64,000 bases of DNA, taken from Candidatus Dadabacteria bacterium (lineage in GTDB: Bacteria > Desulfobacterota_D > UBA1144 > Nemesobacterales > Nemesobacteraceae). The position numbers were made by a program, and so were the translations under genes. The notes beneath the pieces were generated by a model. The model did not search any database. It was not told the DNA's origin and saw nothing but the letters and a program-made list of their open reading frames with translations. Below are positions 33,463 to 43,136 of the stretch, piece by piece; within the stretch, counting starts at the first letter, position 1; the number at the start of each line of letters is the position of its first letter. The stretch lies in NCBI GenBank assembly GCA_007571325.1, contig RKRQ01000065.1:7972-71971 (forward strand), read 5' to 3'.

Positions 33463-33729
33463 ATGGCTTATATAATTGCCGAACCATGTGTTGGGGTGAA
33501 AGACAAAGCCTGTGTCGAAGCATGCCCGGTTGATTGCATATATGAAGCAGATGATCAACTGATTATTCATCCTGATGAGTGTATAGACTGCGGAGCGTGC
33601 GTTGACCCTTGTCCGGTGGATGCTATATTCCATGAAGACGAATTGCCCGAGAAATGGCAGAAGTTTATTGATATCAACAAAGATTTTTTTGAGGGCAAAG
33701 AGGGTCTTGAACCGGCAAGAAATGACTGA
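33463..33729 (+). CDS. fdxA: 7Fe ferredoxin ([3Fe-4S][4Fe-4S], FdxA-type)
   Basis: AYIIAEPCVGVKDKACVEACPVDCIY...HPDECIDCGACVDPCPVDAIF is closely similar to Azotobacter-type FdI. Confidence 0.85.
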   Translation: MAYIIAEPCVGVKDKACVEACPVDCIYEADDQLIIHPDECIDCGACVDPCPVDAIFHEDELPEKWQKFIDINKDFFEGKEGLEPARND

Positions 33730-33737
33730 GCTGACGT

Positions 33738-33804
33738 AAGGAAGATAGAAGAAGCGAAGGGCGGTTTTAACCTTTCAGTTCTCTTCCTTGTTTTTGTCTC
33801 TTTA
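33738..33804 (+). terminator. Rho-independent terminator after fdxA (AAGGAAGA...TCTTCCTT stem followed by GTTTTTGTCTCTTT)
   Basis: 8-bp perfect stem with internal secondary pairing, followed by a T-rich tract. Confidence 0.5.
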
Positions 33805-33908
33805 ACCTGATTTTCTTCAGGAAACCACCTAACTAATTCGCCTCTGCGTATCAAACAGTATACATTTGCAGCTCGAGAAGTTTCGCGTATATATTCTTAC
33901 TGTTTGAC

Positions 33909-34568
33909 ATGAATATCCTGTATATAAAAGTAAAGGCACAGAAGGTACTTAAGTTTCTTAAAGAAACCTATCCAGATACAAAGTGTCACCTTATTTTTAA
34001 AAATGCGCACGAACTTCTGGTTGGGTCTATTCTCTCCGCTCAGTGTACGGATAAACGAGTAAATATGATAACTCCGGGACTTTTTCAGAAGTATCCAGAC
34101 ATAGATGCCTTTTCCAAGGCATCAGAAGAAAAACTTCAGCGGGAAATAAGGTCAACAGGTTTTTATAAAAACAAGGCAAAGGCGATAATAAACTGTTCAA
34201 AGCAGATAGTGCAGTTGCATGGGGGAAAGGTTCCTTGCAAAATGGAATATCTAGTCAAACTACCAGGGGTTGGAAGGAAAACGGCAAATGTTGTAATAGG
34301 GAATTATTTTAAAAAACCTGCAATTATAGTTGACACTCATATAATGAGGTTAAGCCGTCGCATCGGTCTTACTCATAACTCTGACCCTGTCAAGATTGAA
34401 TTTGATCTTAGAGAATGTATTTCGGAAAAACACTGGACATTTTTTTCAAATTCTCTAGGTGACCATGGAAGAACTGTCTGTAAGGCAAGAAAGCCGCTTT
34501 GCTCAAAGTGTAAAATATCTGAAATATGTCTGTATTTTAAGGAAATTACAACTCATAATAAGTATTAA
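33909..34568 (+). CDS. nth: Endonuclease III
   Basis: HhH-GPD motif (LPGVGRKTANVV). C-terminal 4Fe-4S Cys cluster C-x6-C-x2-C-x5-C. Confidence 0.9.
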   Translation: MNILYIKVKAQKVLKFLKETYPDTKCHLIFKNAHELLVGSILSAQCTDKRVNMITPGLFQKYPDIDAFSKASEEKLQREIRSTGFYKNKAKAIINCSKQIVQLHGGKVPCKMEYLVKLPGVGRKTANVVIGNYFKKPAIIVDTHIMRLSRRIGLTHNSDPVKIEFDLRECISEKHWTFFSNSLGDHGRTVCKARKPLCSKCKISEICLYFKEITTHNKY

Positions 34569-34608
34569 TATCAAACAGCTATGCAATATTAAAGAGGAGA
34601 AGCGACAA

Positions 34609-34845
34609 ATGAAATCCAACGCTGATTACTCTGGATTTTTTCCCTTCGGGTGGCTAAGAAATTTTCGAGGAGATAACTGGCAGATACTGTGGAACAAGAA
34701 AACAGGAGATCTTTTTCTTAAAGCCACTTCAAAAAATGTGCTCATAAAAGTTGGAGATACTCATGATTGGACGGAAGCGAAGAAAAAGGCGGATAGCCTT
34801 ATGGAAAACCCCAATTCAAGTGCAATAAAGATTGCTAATTATTGA
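34609..34845 (+). CDS. Small hypothetical protein (78 aa)
   Basis: ATG preceded by AAGAGGAGA at an 8-nt spacing. No recognisable domain. Confidence 0.5.
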   Translation: MKSNADYSGFFPFGWLRNFRGDNWQILWNKKTGDLFLKATSKNVLIKVGDTHDWTEAKKKADSLMENPNSSAIKIANY

Positions 34846-34925
34846 GATTCCCAATTATAAATTTTAAGTTTGGTATATTCTCCGTTCTTTCTGCGTTATC
34901 ATATGCCTGAGTCTGTTACATATGC

Positions 34926-34954
34926 TGTTGACTTGCCCGATTGATCTTTATAAT
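34926..34954 (+). promoter_or_regulatory. sigma70-like promoter (TTGACT ... TATAAT/TAATAT) upstream of the tandem alpha/beta hydrolase genes
   Basis: Hexamers read from the sequence at 34926-34931 and 34947-34954. Confidence 0.4.
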
Positions 34955-34983
34955 ATCACTGTTTTTTTATTCTGAGCTTAATA

Positions 34984-35886
34984 ATGAAATACGTAGAGCA
35001 GGAACTAATTTCTGTACCGGTAGGGAAAGGGAAAGTTAACGCTCTTTACTACCGGGCGCTTAACAACGACTCCGATAAAAGAAAAACTATAATTATTCAT
35101 GTACATGGTTTTTTGGGGAATTTTCTTGACGGAAGTCAGAGATTTCTGCCACCAATTCTCGCCAAGGCTGGCTATTCTTCTATCTCGATAAATACTAGAA
35201 TGGCCAATTTTGGACTTTTTTTCGGTTTTGGAATAGTAGACGATACCATTCCCCAGATAGATGGAGTAGTTAGATATTTAGGGGAGATGGGTTATGAAAA
35301 AATCATAGTTTCAGGGTATAGCCTTGGAGGGGGAGTGGTCCTCAGATATCTTTCGGTTAAAAGTCGCCAACCGGATTCTAACGAGACAGGTCTGCTAAAA
35401 GGAGTAATTGCTCTTGCTACTCCCTATTCAATCCCCAATTCGATAAGAAGAAGATGGAATAAATGGGAGAGTCAGCCTTCTTACGATGAGGTCTATGAGG
35501 AGGCAAAGACAATACTTGGCGATAATCCTAATGATTCAAAACAGGACAGGACAATTCTTATTTTCAAGGCAAGAGGAAATTCTTACTTGCCTGAGCACAC
35601 CGAGATATATACGTATAAAACGTGGTGGTTTCTCGCCGGTCCTGAGGCGGTAGCCATGAAAAGCTATAAGCAGATAGAAAACATAAAACTGCCAATTCTT
35701 CTTATACAAGGTTGGAATGATGCATTTGTAAAACCTGATGAAACCCACAATCTTGCACAGATAGCCATAGATAAAGGAAACGATGACGTTTCTGCCTACT
35801 ATCTTAACACTGGCCATAGTCTTGATGGAAAGGAAGAGGAGATGGGTGACATTATAGTACGGTGGCTTGACAGAAGATTTGTTTAA
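34984..35886 (+). CDS. Alpha/beta-hydrolase fold protein (paralog 1)
   Basis: Nucleophile elbow GYSLGG. 300 aa. Paralogous to the next gene. Confidence 0.7.
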   Translation: MKYVEQELISVPVGKGKVNALYYRALNNDSDKRKTIIIHVHGFLGNFLDGSQRFLPPILAKAGYSSISINTRMANFGLFFGFGIVDDTIPQIDGVVRYLGEMGYEKIIVSGYSLGGGVVLRYLSVKSRQPDSNETGLLKGVIALATPYSIPNSIRRRWNKWESQPSYDEVYEEAKTILGDNPNDSKQDRTILIFKARGNSYLPEHTEIYTYKTWWFLAGPEAVAMKSYKQIENIKLPILLIQGWNDAFVKPDETHNLAQIAIDKGNDDVSAYYLNTGHSLDGKEEEMGDIIVRWLDRRFV

Positions 35887-35894
35887 TTCTAAAG

Positions 35895-36788
35895 ATGGTG
35901 CACGAACAGAAGAGTCTTCTTACATATAAGACTGAGGACGGATTTGAAGTGAATTCTCTTCTTGTTACACCGGAGTTTGCTTCGGAAGAAGATCTTTATG
36001 AATCTCCCATAATAATAAATCTCTACGGAGTACTGGGACATTTTCTGACAAGAGGCACTCCTGTCAGGCTTCCTCCACTTCTTAAGGAAAAAAACATAAG
36101 CACACTTTCTGTCAATACTCGTATGGCCTTTATGGGCCAGATAATGGGTGAAGGGATTTTTCCCGATACAATTCACGAAATGAAGGAATCGGTGAATGTT
36201 CTTCAAAAAGAAGGGTTTCGCAACATTTTTATGCTAGGTTACAGCCTCGGGGCCAACATGGCTGTCTACTATGCCAGCCAGACCAGCTCTTTTGGTATAA
36301 AAGGGCTTATATTGGAAGGCTGTTCGTATTCGCTTCCGTATTCGCAGCAACGAAGGCTTGAAAGAAACAGAAGTATTCCTTCTTATGAAGCCATTTATCT
36401 CAAAGCTAAAGAAGTGCTAGGCCCAAATCCCGAGAAGAAGAAAAAGGATCAGATATTTATTGTTTACAGGGCTTGGGGTGATTCTTTTAACCCGATTGAT
36501 GCCGAGATGTTTACTTACAGAACTTGGTGGTTTATGAGGGGCCCACAAGCCTACTATGCTAAAACCTGCGAAATTATAAAAAACGTTAAAATTCCTGTTC
36601 TGTTCATTCACGGAATAGATGACGACGTCGTTGACATATGGGAACCCAAAGAACTTAAAAACATAATGAACCAGGCTGGAAATAAAGATGTGACATTGCG
36701 CTATATACCAAGGGCGAAGCATGATTGCATAGAGAACCCGAAAGACTCGATAGATGGCATAACCGGGTGGATATCAAAGATTGATTAG
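35895..36788 (+). CDS. Alpha/beta-hydrolase fold protein (paralog 2)
   Basis: Nucleophile elbow GYSLGA. 297 aa. Shared motifs with paralog 1 (INTRMA, YTYKTWWF/FTYRTWWF). Confidence 0.7.
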   Translation: MVHEQKSLLTYKTEDGFEVNSLLVTPEFASEEDLYESPIIINLYGVLGHFLTRGTPVRLPPLLKEKNISTLSVNTRMAFMGQIMGEGIFPDTIHEMKESVNVLQKEGFRNIFMLGYSLGANMAVYYASQTSSFGIKGLILEGCSYSLPYSQQRRLERNRSIPSYEAIYLKAKEVLGPNPEKKKKDQIFIVYRAWGDSFNPIDAEMFTYRTWWFMRGPQAYYAKTCEIIKNVKIPVLFIHGIDDDVVDIWEPKELKNIMNQAGNKDVTLRYIPRAKHDCIENPKDSIDGITGWISKID

Positions 36789-36982
36789 CTCAGATATATA
36801 AAAACCATTCCTTCCCTTTGCAAGTTAAAAGATATTGAGGGTTTCTTATGCCAGTTACGGTTTATTCTTGCAAAAAAGAAAACTTTGTATATCTTACAGT
36901 TCCTTCAATAGATAAGCTGATTTTCCCTAATATCTTTAATTTCATAAACCCATGAACTAAAGGGAATTTGGAGGCGAGAAGC

Positions 36983-38542
36983 ATGTCCGAGAATTTTTCA
37001 ATTGAGAAAGAACTTTCAAAAAGACACCAGCTTGAAAATCCTTCAGGGATATTTTACAACCTTTCTGTCCCAGAACTCTATGAAGAAGCGATCAAAAGAA
37101 ATGAAGGATATATTGGTGAATGTGGAACTTTTGTAGGTTTTACTTCTCCACATACCGGAAGGTCCCCGAAGGATAGGTTCGTTGTAAAGGAACCTTCTAC
37201 CGAAAAAGATATAGACTGGGGAGCGATAAATCAGCCTGTTTCACCAGAAGTGTTTAATCACTTTTATGAAAAGGTTATGGATTACCTTAAGGGAAGAGAT
37301 GTTTTTGTAAAGGATTTGCAGGTCTGTGCCCATCCAGATTATAGAACGAATGTAAGAGTAATAAACGAGTTTGCTTGGCACAATATTTTTGTAAACAATC
37401 TTTTTATAAGACCTGAAGCTTCGAAACTTCCTCACAAAGAAGTGGGATTTACCGTTGTCTCTGCCCCCGGGTTCAAGGTGGACGACCCCGAGAAATACGG
37501 TCTTAACAGCGAAACATTTATATTCCTTAATTTGAGCCGGAAAATTGCTCTGATAGGAGGAACACGTTATGCGGGAGAAATGAAAAAATCCGTTTTTGCC
37601 GCAATGAATTTTCTTCTGCCTGAGAGAAACGTTTTTCCAATGCATTGCTCAGCCAATGTTGGAAAAGATGGGAACGTGGCACTTTTCTTTGGCCTCTCCG
37701 GAACCGGCAAGACTACGCTTTCCGCCGACCCTGAAAGAGCTCTGATAGGAGATGATGAGCACGGTTGGTTTGACGAAGGAGTTTTTAATTTCGAGGGCGG
37801 GTGTTACGCTAAAACCATAAAGCTCAGTTCCTCTACAGAGCCCGAGATTTACCGGGCGGCACTTAATTTTGGTTCAGTTCTGGAGAATGTTGAAATTGAT
37901 TCAGAAACCAGAAAAATAGATTTTGATAGTGACAAGCATACGGAGAACACTCGAGGTGCTTATCAGATTGATATGCTTGAGAATATTGTTCCGGAGGGAA
38001 TAGGTGGAATTCCTAAAAGTATTTTTATGCTTACCTATGATGCTTTCGGAGTTTTACCCCCTATATCAAAACTTGATTCTGAACAGGCAATGCGATATTT
38101 CCTTCTAGGATATACGGCGAAAGTTGCCGGTACGGAAAGAGGGGTAAGCAAACCTCAAGCGACTTTCAGTTCATGTTTTGGATCTCCCTTTCTTCCTAGA
38201 CCACCGAAATTCTATGGAAGGATGCTCAAAGAAAGAATGGAGAAACATGAGGTAGATGTCTGGCTTCTTAATACTGGAATTTCCGGCGGACCTTTTGGAG
38301 TTGGGAAAAGAATGCCTCTTCCATCCACAAGAGCTCTCGTTAGTGCAGTAGTAAGCGATTCTCTTCAAAGCAGTGAATTTGTAAAAATTCCTATACTCAA
38401 TTTGTCTGTACCAGCTGAATGCCCAGGGGTTGATTCAACTCTTCTTCAGCCTAGACTTTCATGGGATGATCCGGATGAATATGATCGCAAGGCCCGCGCA
38501 CTCTCAGATCTATTTGAAGAAGAGTACAAAAAATACCTTTAA
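36983..38542 (+). CDS. pckA: Phosphoenolpyruvate carboxykinase (ATP)
   Basis: Kinase-1a P-loop GLSGTGKTT. Start reset to ATG 36983, which follows GGAGG. The track start at 36968 is 5 codons upstream. Confidence 0.9.
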   Translation: MSENFSIEKELSKRHQLENPSGIFYNLSVPELYEEAIKRNEGYIGECGTFVGFTSPHTGRSPKDRFVVKEPSTEKDIDWGAINQPVSPEVFNHFYEKVMDYLKGRDVFVKDLQVCAHPDYRTNVRVINEFAWHNIFVNNLFIRPEASKLPHKEVGFTVVSAPGFKVDDPEKYGLNSETFIFLNLSRKIALIGGTRYAGEMKKSVFAAMNFLLPERNVFPMHCSANVGKDGNVALFFGLSGTGKTTLSADPERALIGDDEHGWFDEGVFNFEGGCYAKTIKLSSSTEPEIYRAALNFGSVLENVEIDSETRKIDFDSDKHTENTRGAYQIDMLENIVPEGIGGIPKSIFMLTYDAFGVLPPISKLDSEQAMRYFLLGYTAKVAGTERGVSKPQATFSSCFGSPFLPRPPKFYGRMLKERMEKHEVDVWLLNTGISGGPFGVGKRMPLPSTRALVSAVVSDSLQSSEFVKIPILNLSVPAECPGVDSTLLQPRLSWDDPDEYDRKARALSDLFEEEYKKYL

Positions 38543-38892
38543 GGTTGATGTTTGATTTCAACTTGTTCTTTTATGCTCTACGCTCAAATTTTTCATGCGA
38601 TTTAGGGTAATATGAAGCAGCTTAATATTGAAAATCGCTATTTTTTCAAATGCTTAAGTATCTAATAACAGATTGTTGATTTTGTGTATAACAGCTTATT
38701 TATTATCAAAAAACTCCAAGTAGAAATATGCTCCATAATATTAATAGTTTGTAACCATGGTCCTCAAATTTAATCAGAAACATCATTTTTTGCCGTTGTA
38801 GAAGTGGAATTTAAATGCGATTAACAACAATATGGGAAAATACGACTAAAACTGTGTAAAATTTTAGTATTTCATTAGATAAAGAATTAAAG

Positions 38893-40065
38893 ATGCAATT
38901 CCTAAGAGAGTACAAAGATTTTTCTCTAATAACACTGGCGAATTTTTTCTTTCAGTGTGGTTTCACCTCGTTTTTTCTATTACCACTTTTTATAAAAGAC
39001 CTAGGAGGTGACCCAGCTTCTATTGGTTACGTGATGGGAGTTTTTGGTATAGCGTCAGTCAGTACTGCATTGTTTTCTGGCTTTCTCATAGACCGTTATG
39101 GACGAAAACTATTCATGCTTTTAGGTTCAACGCTAATGTACCTATCCTCTATTCTTTACCTCTTTGTATCAGATATTGATGTGGCAATGTATGCTCTGAG
39201 ACTGTTTCAGGGTGTTGCTTTCGGTTTTTTCTTTACTGCCGCGGCTACAGCAGTTTCATACAGTATTCCTAGAGAAATAAGGCATTCTTGTCTTACAACT
39301 TTTAGCATTACCACTATAGCATGCTTCTCTGTCGGGCCTTTTTTTGGAGAAATTTTTATCAATAAGTTCGGTTACCATATGTTTTTTGTTTATTCTTCCA
39401 TCTTCCATATAATTGCGTTTATATGTTGTCTATTCGTCAAGGAAACAACCCATGGTCCATCAAGAGGCAGGCTTTTTCAAGGATTCCTCAAAAAATTATT
39501 TTCCGATAGGTTCAGCGTACTCTTTCTGATGAACCTGTCTATTGCTGTGGGACTAGGGGCTCTGGTTCATTTCTTCCATGTTCATTTATCAGAACAGAAC
39601 CTTCAAATGGGAATTTTCTTCGTTATTTTTTCCATAGTGGCGGTATTTATTAGGGTTTTTGGAGGGAAAATGTTGGATACCATAGAGAGAAGAAAAATCG
39701 CTTTGCCTGCACTTTTTCTAATGGTTGTTTCAATGCTAATGGCTTTTTTTGTGAGCAATTTTTTACATCTGGTTCTGTTTTCTATTATATTTAGTATAGG
39801 ATATGGGTTTTCTTATCCTACAATTAATACAATGGTTGTTGACAGAACGAATGCAGGCGAGAGAGGAACTGCCGTAGGTATATTGAATATGTCCTATGGA
39901 ATGGGGATAAACTCTTCGGCTATTATCCTTGGGCTTATAGCGCGTGATTACAGTTTCTTCAGCATGTTCTTGGCAACTGCAATGTTCTTGGTTGCCGGAT
40001 GTATTATTTTTACCTACAAGTACTATATAACTGCTATAATGGGTGAAGAGGTTGCAATAGAGTAA
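38893..40065 (+). CDS. MFS-family transporter (paralog 1)
   Basis: 390 aa, about 12 TM segments. MFS motif IDRYGRK. Confidence 0.75.
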   Translation: MQFLREYKDFSLITLANFFFQCGFTSFFLLPLFIKDLGGDPASIGYVMGVFGIASVSTALFSGFLIDRYGRKLFMLLGSTLMYLSSILYLFVSDIDVAMYALRLFQGVAFGFFFTAAATAVSYSIPREIRHSCLTTFSITTIACFSVGPFFGEIFINKFGYHMFFVYSSIFHIIAFICCLFVKETTHGPSRGRLFQGFLKKLFSDRFSVLFLMNLSIAVGLGALVHFFHVHLSEQNLQMGIFFVIFSIVAVFIRVFGGKMLDTIERRKIALPALFLMVVSMLMAFFVSNFLHLVLFSIIFSIGYGFSYPTINTMVVDRTNAGERGTAVGILNMSYGMGINSSAIILGLIARDYSFFSMFLATAMFLVAGCIIFTYKYYITAIMGEEVAIE

Positions 40066-40227
40066 AATAGACTGCTTCTCTACTCCTACTCATAGCGGAA
40101 TTTTCTCAGCTTAATGCTTCATGACATATGGCAGGTGGAGACTATAGAAGGGGCTGAGAAGTCCTTTGCACATATCTCGAAACCGCTTGAGTAAAAGTTC
40201 TAAATTAACTGCTTTTATTGTGAATTT

Positions 40228-40305
40228 TGGCGTCCCCGAGGGGATTTGAACCCCTGTTACCGGCGTGAAAGGCCGATGTCCTAGGCCTGACTAGACGACG
40301 GGGAC
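40228..40305 (-). tRNA. tRNA-Glu (anticodon TTC), CCA encoded
   Basis: The reverse complement folds as a cloverleaf (GTCCCCG acceptor, CTTTCAC anticodon loop). Near-identical to E. coli tRNA-Glu. Confidence 0.9.
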
Positions 40306-40317
40306 GACGACAGAAAA

Positions 40318-40390
40318 TGAGCCGTACAGGATTCGAACCTGTGACCCACTGCTTAAAAGGCAGTTGCTCTACCAGCTGAGCTAACGGCTC
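40318..40390 (-). tRNA. tRNA-Lys (anticodon TTT), no encoded CCA
   Basis: Reverse complement is GAGCCGTTAGCTCAGCTGGTAGAGC...CTTTTAA...GGTTCGAATCC.... Classic tRNA-Lys. Confidence 0.9.
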
Positions 40391-40402
40391 AGAAGATGCC
40401 GT

Positions 40403-40430
40403 ATTATATCATGGACCTTTTTCATGTCAA
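40403..40430 (-). promoter_or_regulatory. sigma70 promoter for the tRNA-Lys/tRNA-Glu operon (TTGACA-N16-TATAAT on the minus strand)
   Basis: Reverse complement of 40403-40430 gives ttgaca tgaaaaaggtccatga tataat, about 12 nt upstream of the tRNA-Lys 5' end. Confidence 0.5.
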
Positions 40431-40513
40431 AAAACTAAATGTCTCCTTATCTAAAGTATAAAATCATGTAGGTTCCCCCTTTTTATACTCTCTTTTCTAG
40501 GTTAGCGTCTATC

Positions 40514-41680
40514 ATGTCTTTTGTGCGAAAATACAGAGATTTTTCTCTGGTCACTTTGGGAAATTTTTTCTTTTTCTGCAATTTTTCCTCCTTTTTCCTC
40601 CTTCCACTTTTTATAAGAGATATTGGGGGTGATGAGGCGCTCATAGGCTATGTTATGGGAACTTTTGGCATAACTTCAATAGGAACTATTCCATTTGCAG
40701 CCTTTCTAATAGATCATTACGGTCGAAGAAAGTTTATGCTGACAGGTGCTTTTCTGATGTTCTTAATCTCTCTTTTCTACATTTTTATATCCGATGTTAG
40801 TGTGAAAATATTTATTCTAAGACTCATGCAAGGAATTGCTTTTGCTTTTTTCTTTACCTCTGCTGCTACCGCTGTCTCCGACTATGTTCCGAGTGAAATA
40901 AGAGCTTACGGACTAGGCCTTTTCGGTGCCTTCACTATAGCTTCTTACTCACTTGGACCCACAATAGGAGAACTTATAATCGAGAGATTCAGTTACATGG
41001 CGTTTTTTCTCTATACTTCCCTGTTCAGTCTACTTGCCTTTATTTTTTGTTTTTTTTCACGAGAGGGGAATTTTACAGTATCTAGAAAATCTGTTTTTAG
41101 TGGGTTTTTCGGCGTTGTTTTTTCAACAAGGTTTAGGGTACTTCTATTGACCAATCTTATAATTGCCGTGGGTCTTGGAAGCATGCTCAATTTTTTCTCT
41201 GTTTTTCTTGAAGAAAATGGAATTCATGCGAGGAACTTTTTTCTTACATATTCCATCACCGTCATATTGATCAGAGTCTTAGGTGGAAAACTCCCAGATA
41301 TTGTTGAGAGAAAAAAAATAGCGTTACCTTCAATGTTTATTATGATTCTATCTCTGCTCATGATCTCTTCCATAAATTCAACTCTAAGCGCCATTATGGT
41401 CTCTTTTGTTTTCAGTCTGGGTTATGGAATCCTTTATCCTACTGTAAGTGCGATGATTATTGACAGGGCGCTTGATGATGAGAGAGGGACGGCCATGGGT
41501 GCGTTTAATATGTCGTTTAGTATTGGCATAAACTTTTTTGCCTTTGCCCTGGGGCTCATAGCACGTGATTATGGTTTCTCAAGAATGTATTGGGCAACTG
41601 GGATATTCATGATACTGGGGTGTATTATCTTTATCTATAAATATTTTATAAGTACGGGGGGAGCAAAACGGCTTTCATGA
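40514..41680 (+). CDS. MFS-family transporter (paralog 2)
   Basis: 388 aa. About 55-60% identical to the 38893-40065 product over the N-terminal half by eye. IDHYGRRK motif. Confidence 0.75.
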   Translation: MSFVRKYRDFSLVTLGNFFFFCNFSSFFLLPLFIRDIGGDEALIGYVMGTFGITSIGTIPFAAFLIDHYGRRKFMLTGAFLMFLISLFYIFISDVSVKIFILRLMQGIAFAFFFTSAATAVSDYVPSEIRAYGLGLFGAFTIASYSLGPTIGELIIERFSYMAFFLYTSLFSLLAFIFCFFSREGNFTVSRKSVFSGFFGVVFSTRFRVLLLTNLIIAVGLGSMLNFFSVFLEENGIHARNFFLTYSITVILIRVLGGKLPDIVERKKIALPSMFIMILSLLMISSINSTLSAIMVSFVFSLGYGILYPTVSAMIIDRALDDERGTAMGAFNMSFSIGINFFAFALGLIARDYGFSRMYWATGIFMILGCIIFIYKYFISTGGAKRLS

Positions 41681-42462
41681 AAATAAAATCAGGAGACATA
41701 ATTCTCCTTTTGTCCCCTGACAATAAAAGTTTCATGATAATGGTGGAAGAGGGTAGGTCGTTCAGTTCTCATATGGGCATACTCGACCTTTCATCCGCAA
41801 TAGGTAAGAGATTGGGAGAGACTATAGTCTCAAGTCTAGGAAACCATTTTGTGCTTCTCAATCCTACTGTTGAACAGAAAATGATGAAGGTGAGAAGAAC
41901 TACACAGATCGTTTACCCCAAGGACGCGGCACTTATTCTTTTTAAAACAGATGTGAAAGCTGGAGCTAAAATCATTGAATCAGCAACTGGTTCGGGAGCT
42001 CTTACGATTGCACTTGCGAACTCAGTGGCTCCTTCCGGGAAAGTCTATACATACGAGAGGAAAGAACAGTTCATGAATAACGCCAGAGACAACGTACGGC
42101 GGGCAGGGCTCTGCGAGTACGTGGAATTTAACTGTGGCGATGCAAGAGATGGTTTTAAGGAAAGAGAAGTTGATGTTGCTATACTTGACCTTCCTTCTCC
42201 ATGGTATGGGATTCCTGCGTCCTATGAAGCTCTTGTTCCAGGTGGCAGAATCGCAAGTATTTCTCCTACTTACAACCAAGTGGAAAGAACCGCGGAAGTG
42301 CTTAGAGAAACAGGGTTTGTAAGAATTGAGACCGTGGAACTTATCATGAGGAACTATCAGGTAAAAAAGGGGAAAATTCGTCCCGACAACAGAACGGTGG
42401 GGCATACAGGGTTTCTTACCTTTGCGTTTAAAGGAACAGGCGATTCTGTGTCCCTCAAGTGA
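41677..42462 (+). CDS. trmI: tRNA (adenine58-N1)-methyltransferase TrmI/Gcd14 family
   Basis: N-terminal beta domain. SAM motif IIESATGSGALTIALA. 261 aa. ATGA overlap with the upstream MFS gene. Confidence 0.7.
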   Translation: MKIKSGDIILLLSPDNKSFMIMVEEGRSFSSHMGILDLSSAIGKRLGETIVSSLGNHFVLLNPTVEQKMMKVRRTTQIVYPKDAALILFKTDVKAGAKIIESATGSGALTIALANSVAPSGKVYTYERKEQFMNNARDNVRRAGLCEYVEFNCGDARDGFKEREVDVAILDLPSPWYGIPASYEALVPGGRIASISPTYNQVERTAEVLRETGFVRIETVELIMRNYQVKKGKIRPDNRTVGHTGFLTFAFKGTGDSVSLK

Positions 42463-43136
42463 AAATGACACACGAGCAACTCCTTAGAGAAGGTGCATAC
42501 CGTATAGGTATCAATAATCTGAGCGTCGACCTTTTCCTCTCCTATGTTGACCTGCTGAAAAAATGGGGCAAACGCATAAATCTCAGTTCCGTTGTTAATT
42601 ACCAGGAAATTATAATTAAGCACTTAATTGATTCCCTTGCTGTGGCGGAATTTATGCCTCCGGGATCAAGAGTGCTTGACATAGGCACTGGTGCCGGATT
42701 TCCGGGGATTCCGCTCGCTATTTATGACTCTTCCCTTCAAGTTACCCTTATTGAGTCAGTTGGAAAAAAAATTGCCTTCCTAAAAGATGTTAAAAGATAT
42801 CTAGGACTCTCGGGCGTGCATATTCATCATGCTAGAGCCGAAGAACTAACCAGTGAAATGGGGGGATGTTTTGACCGGGTGACACTCCGGGCAGTAGGTA
42901 GTATGGATACTATCATTACTCTCGGCACTCCTTATCTGGATATCAAAGGAGAACTAGTTATAATGAAGGGGCCTCTAGGAAAAGACGAATGGCGGGATTA
43001 CTCAAATCGCCACCCGGAGGATATTGAACTTCTTTTCATAAAAGAACTCAGGCTTCCTTTTTCAGGTGAAAGCAGGGTTATTCTTGTTGTAAGACCAGAG
43101 TACAAAGGTAGTAAGAATATGGAGATAAGAGCTTGA
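42459..43136 (+). CDS. rsmG: 16S rRNA (guanine527-N7)-methyltransferase
   Basis: VLDIGTGAGFPGIPLAI motif. 225 aa. Confidence 0.85.
   Translation: MKMTHEQLLREGAYRIGINNLSVDLFLSYVDLLKKWGKRINLSSVVNYQEIIIKHLIDSLAVAEFMPPGSRVLDIGTGAGFPGIPLAIYDSSLQVTLIESVGKKIAFLKDVKRYLGLSGVHIHHARAEELTSEMGGCFDRVTLRAVGSMDTIITLGTPYLDIKGELVIMKGPLGKDEWRDYSNRHPEDIELLFIKELRLPFSGESRVILVVRPEYKGSKNMEIRA

Noticed and set aside
38596-38640. Inverted repeat (gcgattt...aaatcgc) in the AT-rich leader before the first MFS gene as a possible ncRNA or regulatory structure
   Set aside because: The 7-bp AT-rich stem has a 30-nt loop. It has no conservation cues and is easily produced by chance in 27% GC sequence.
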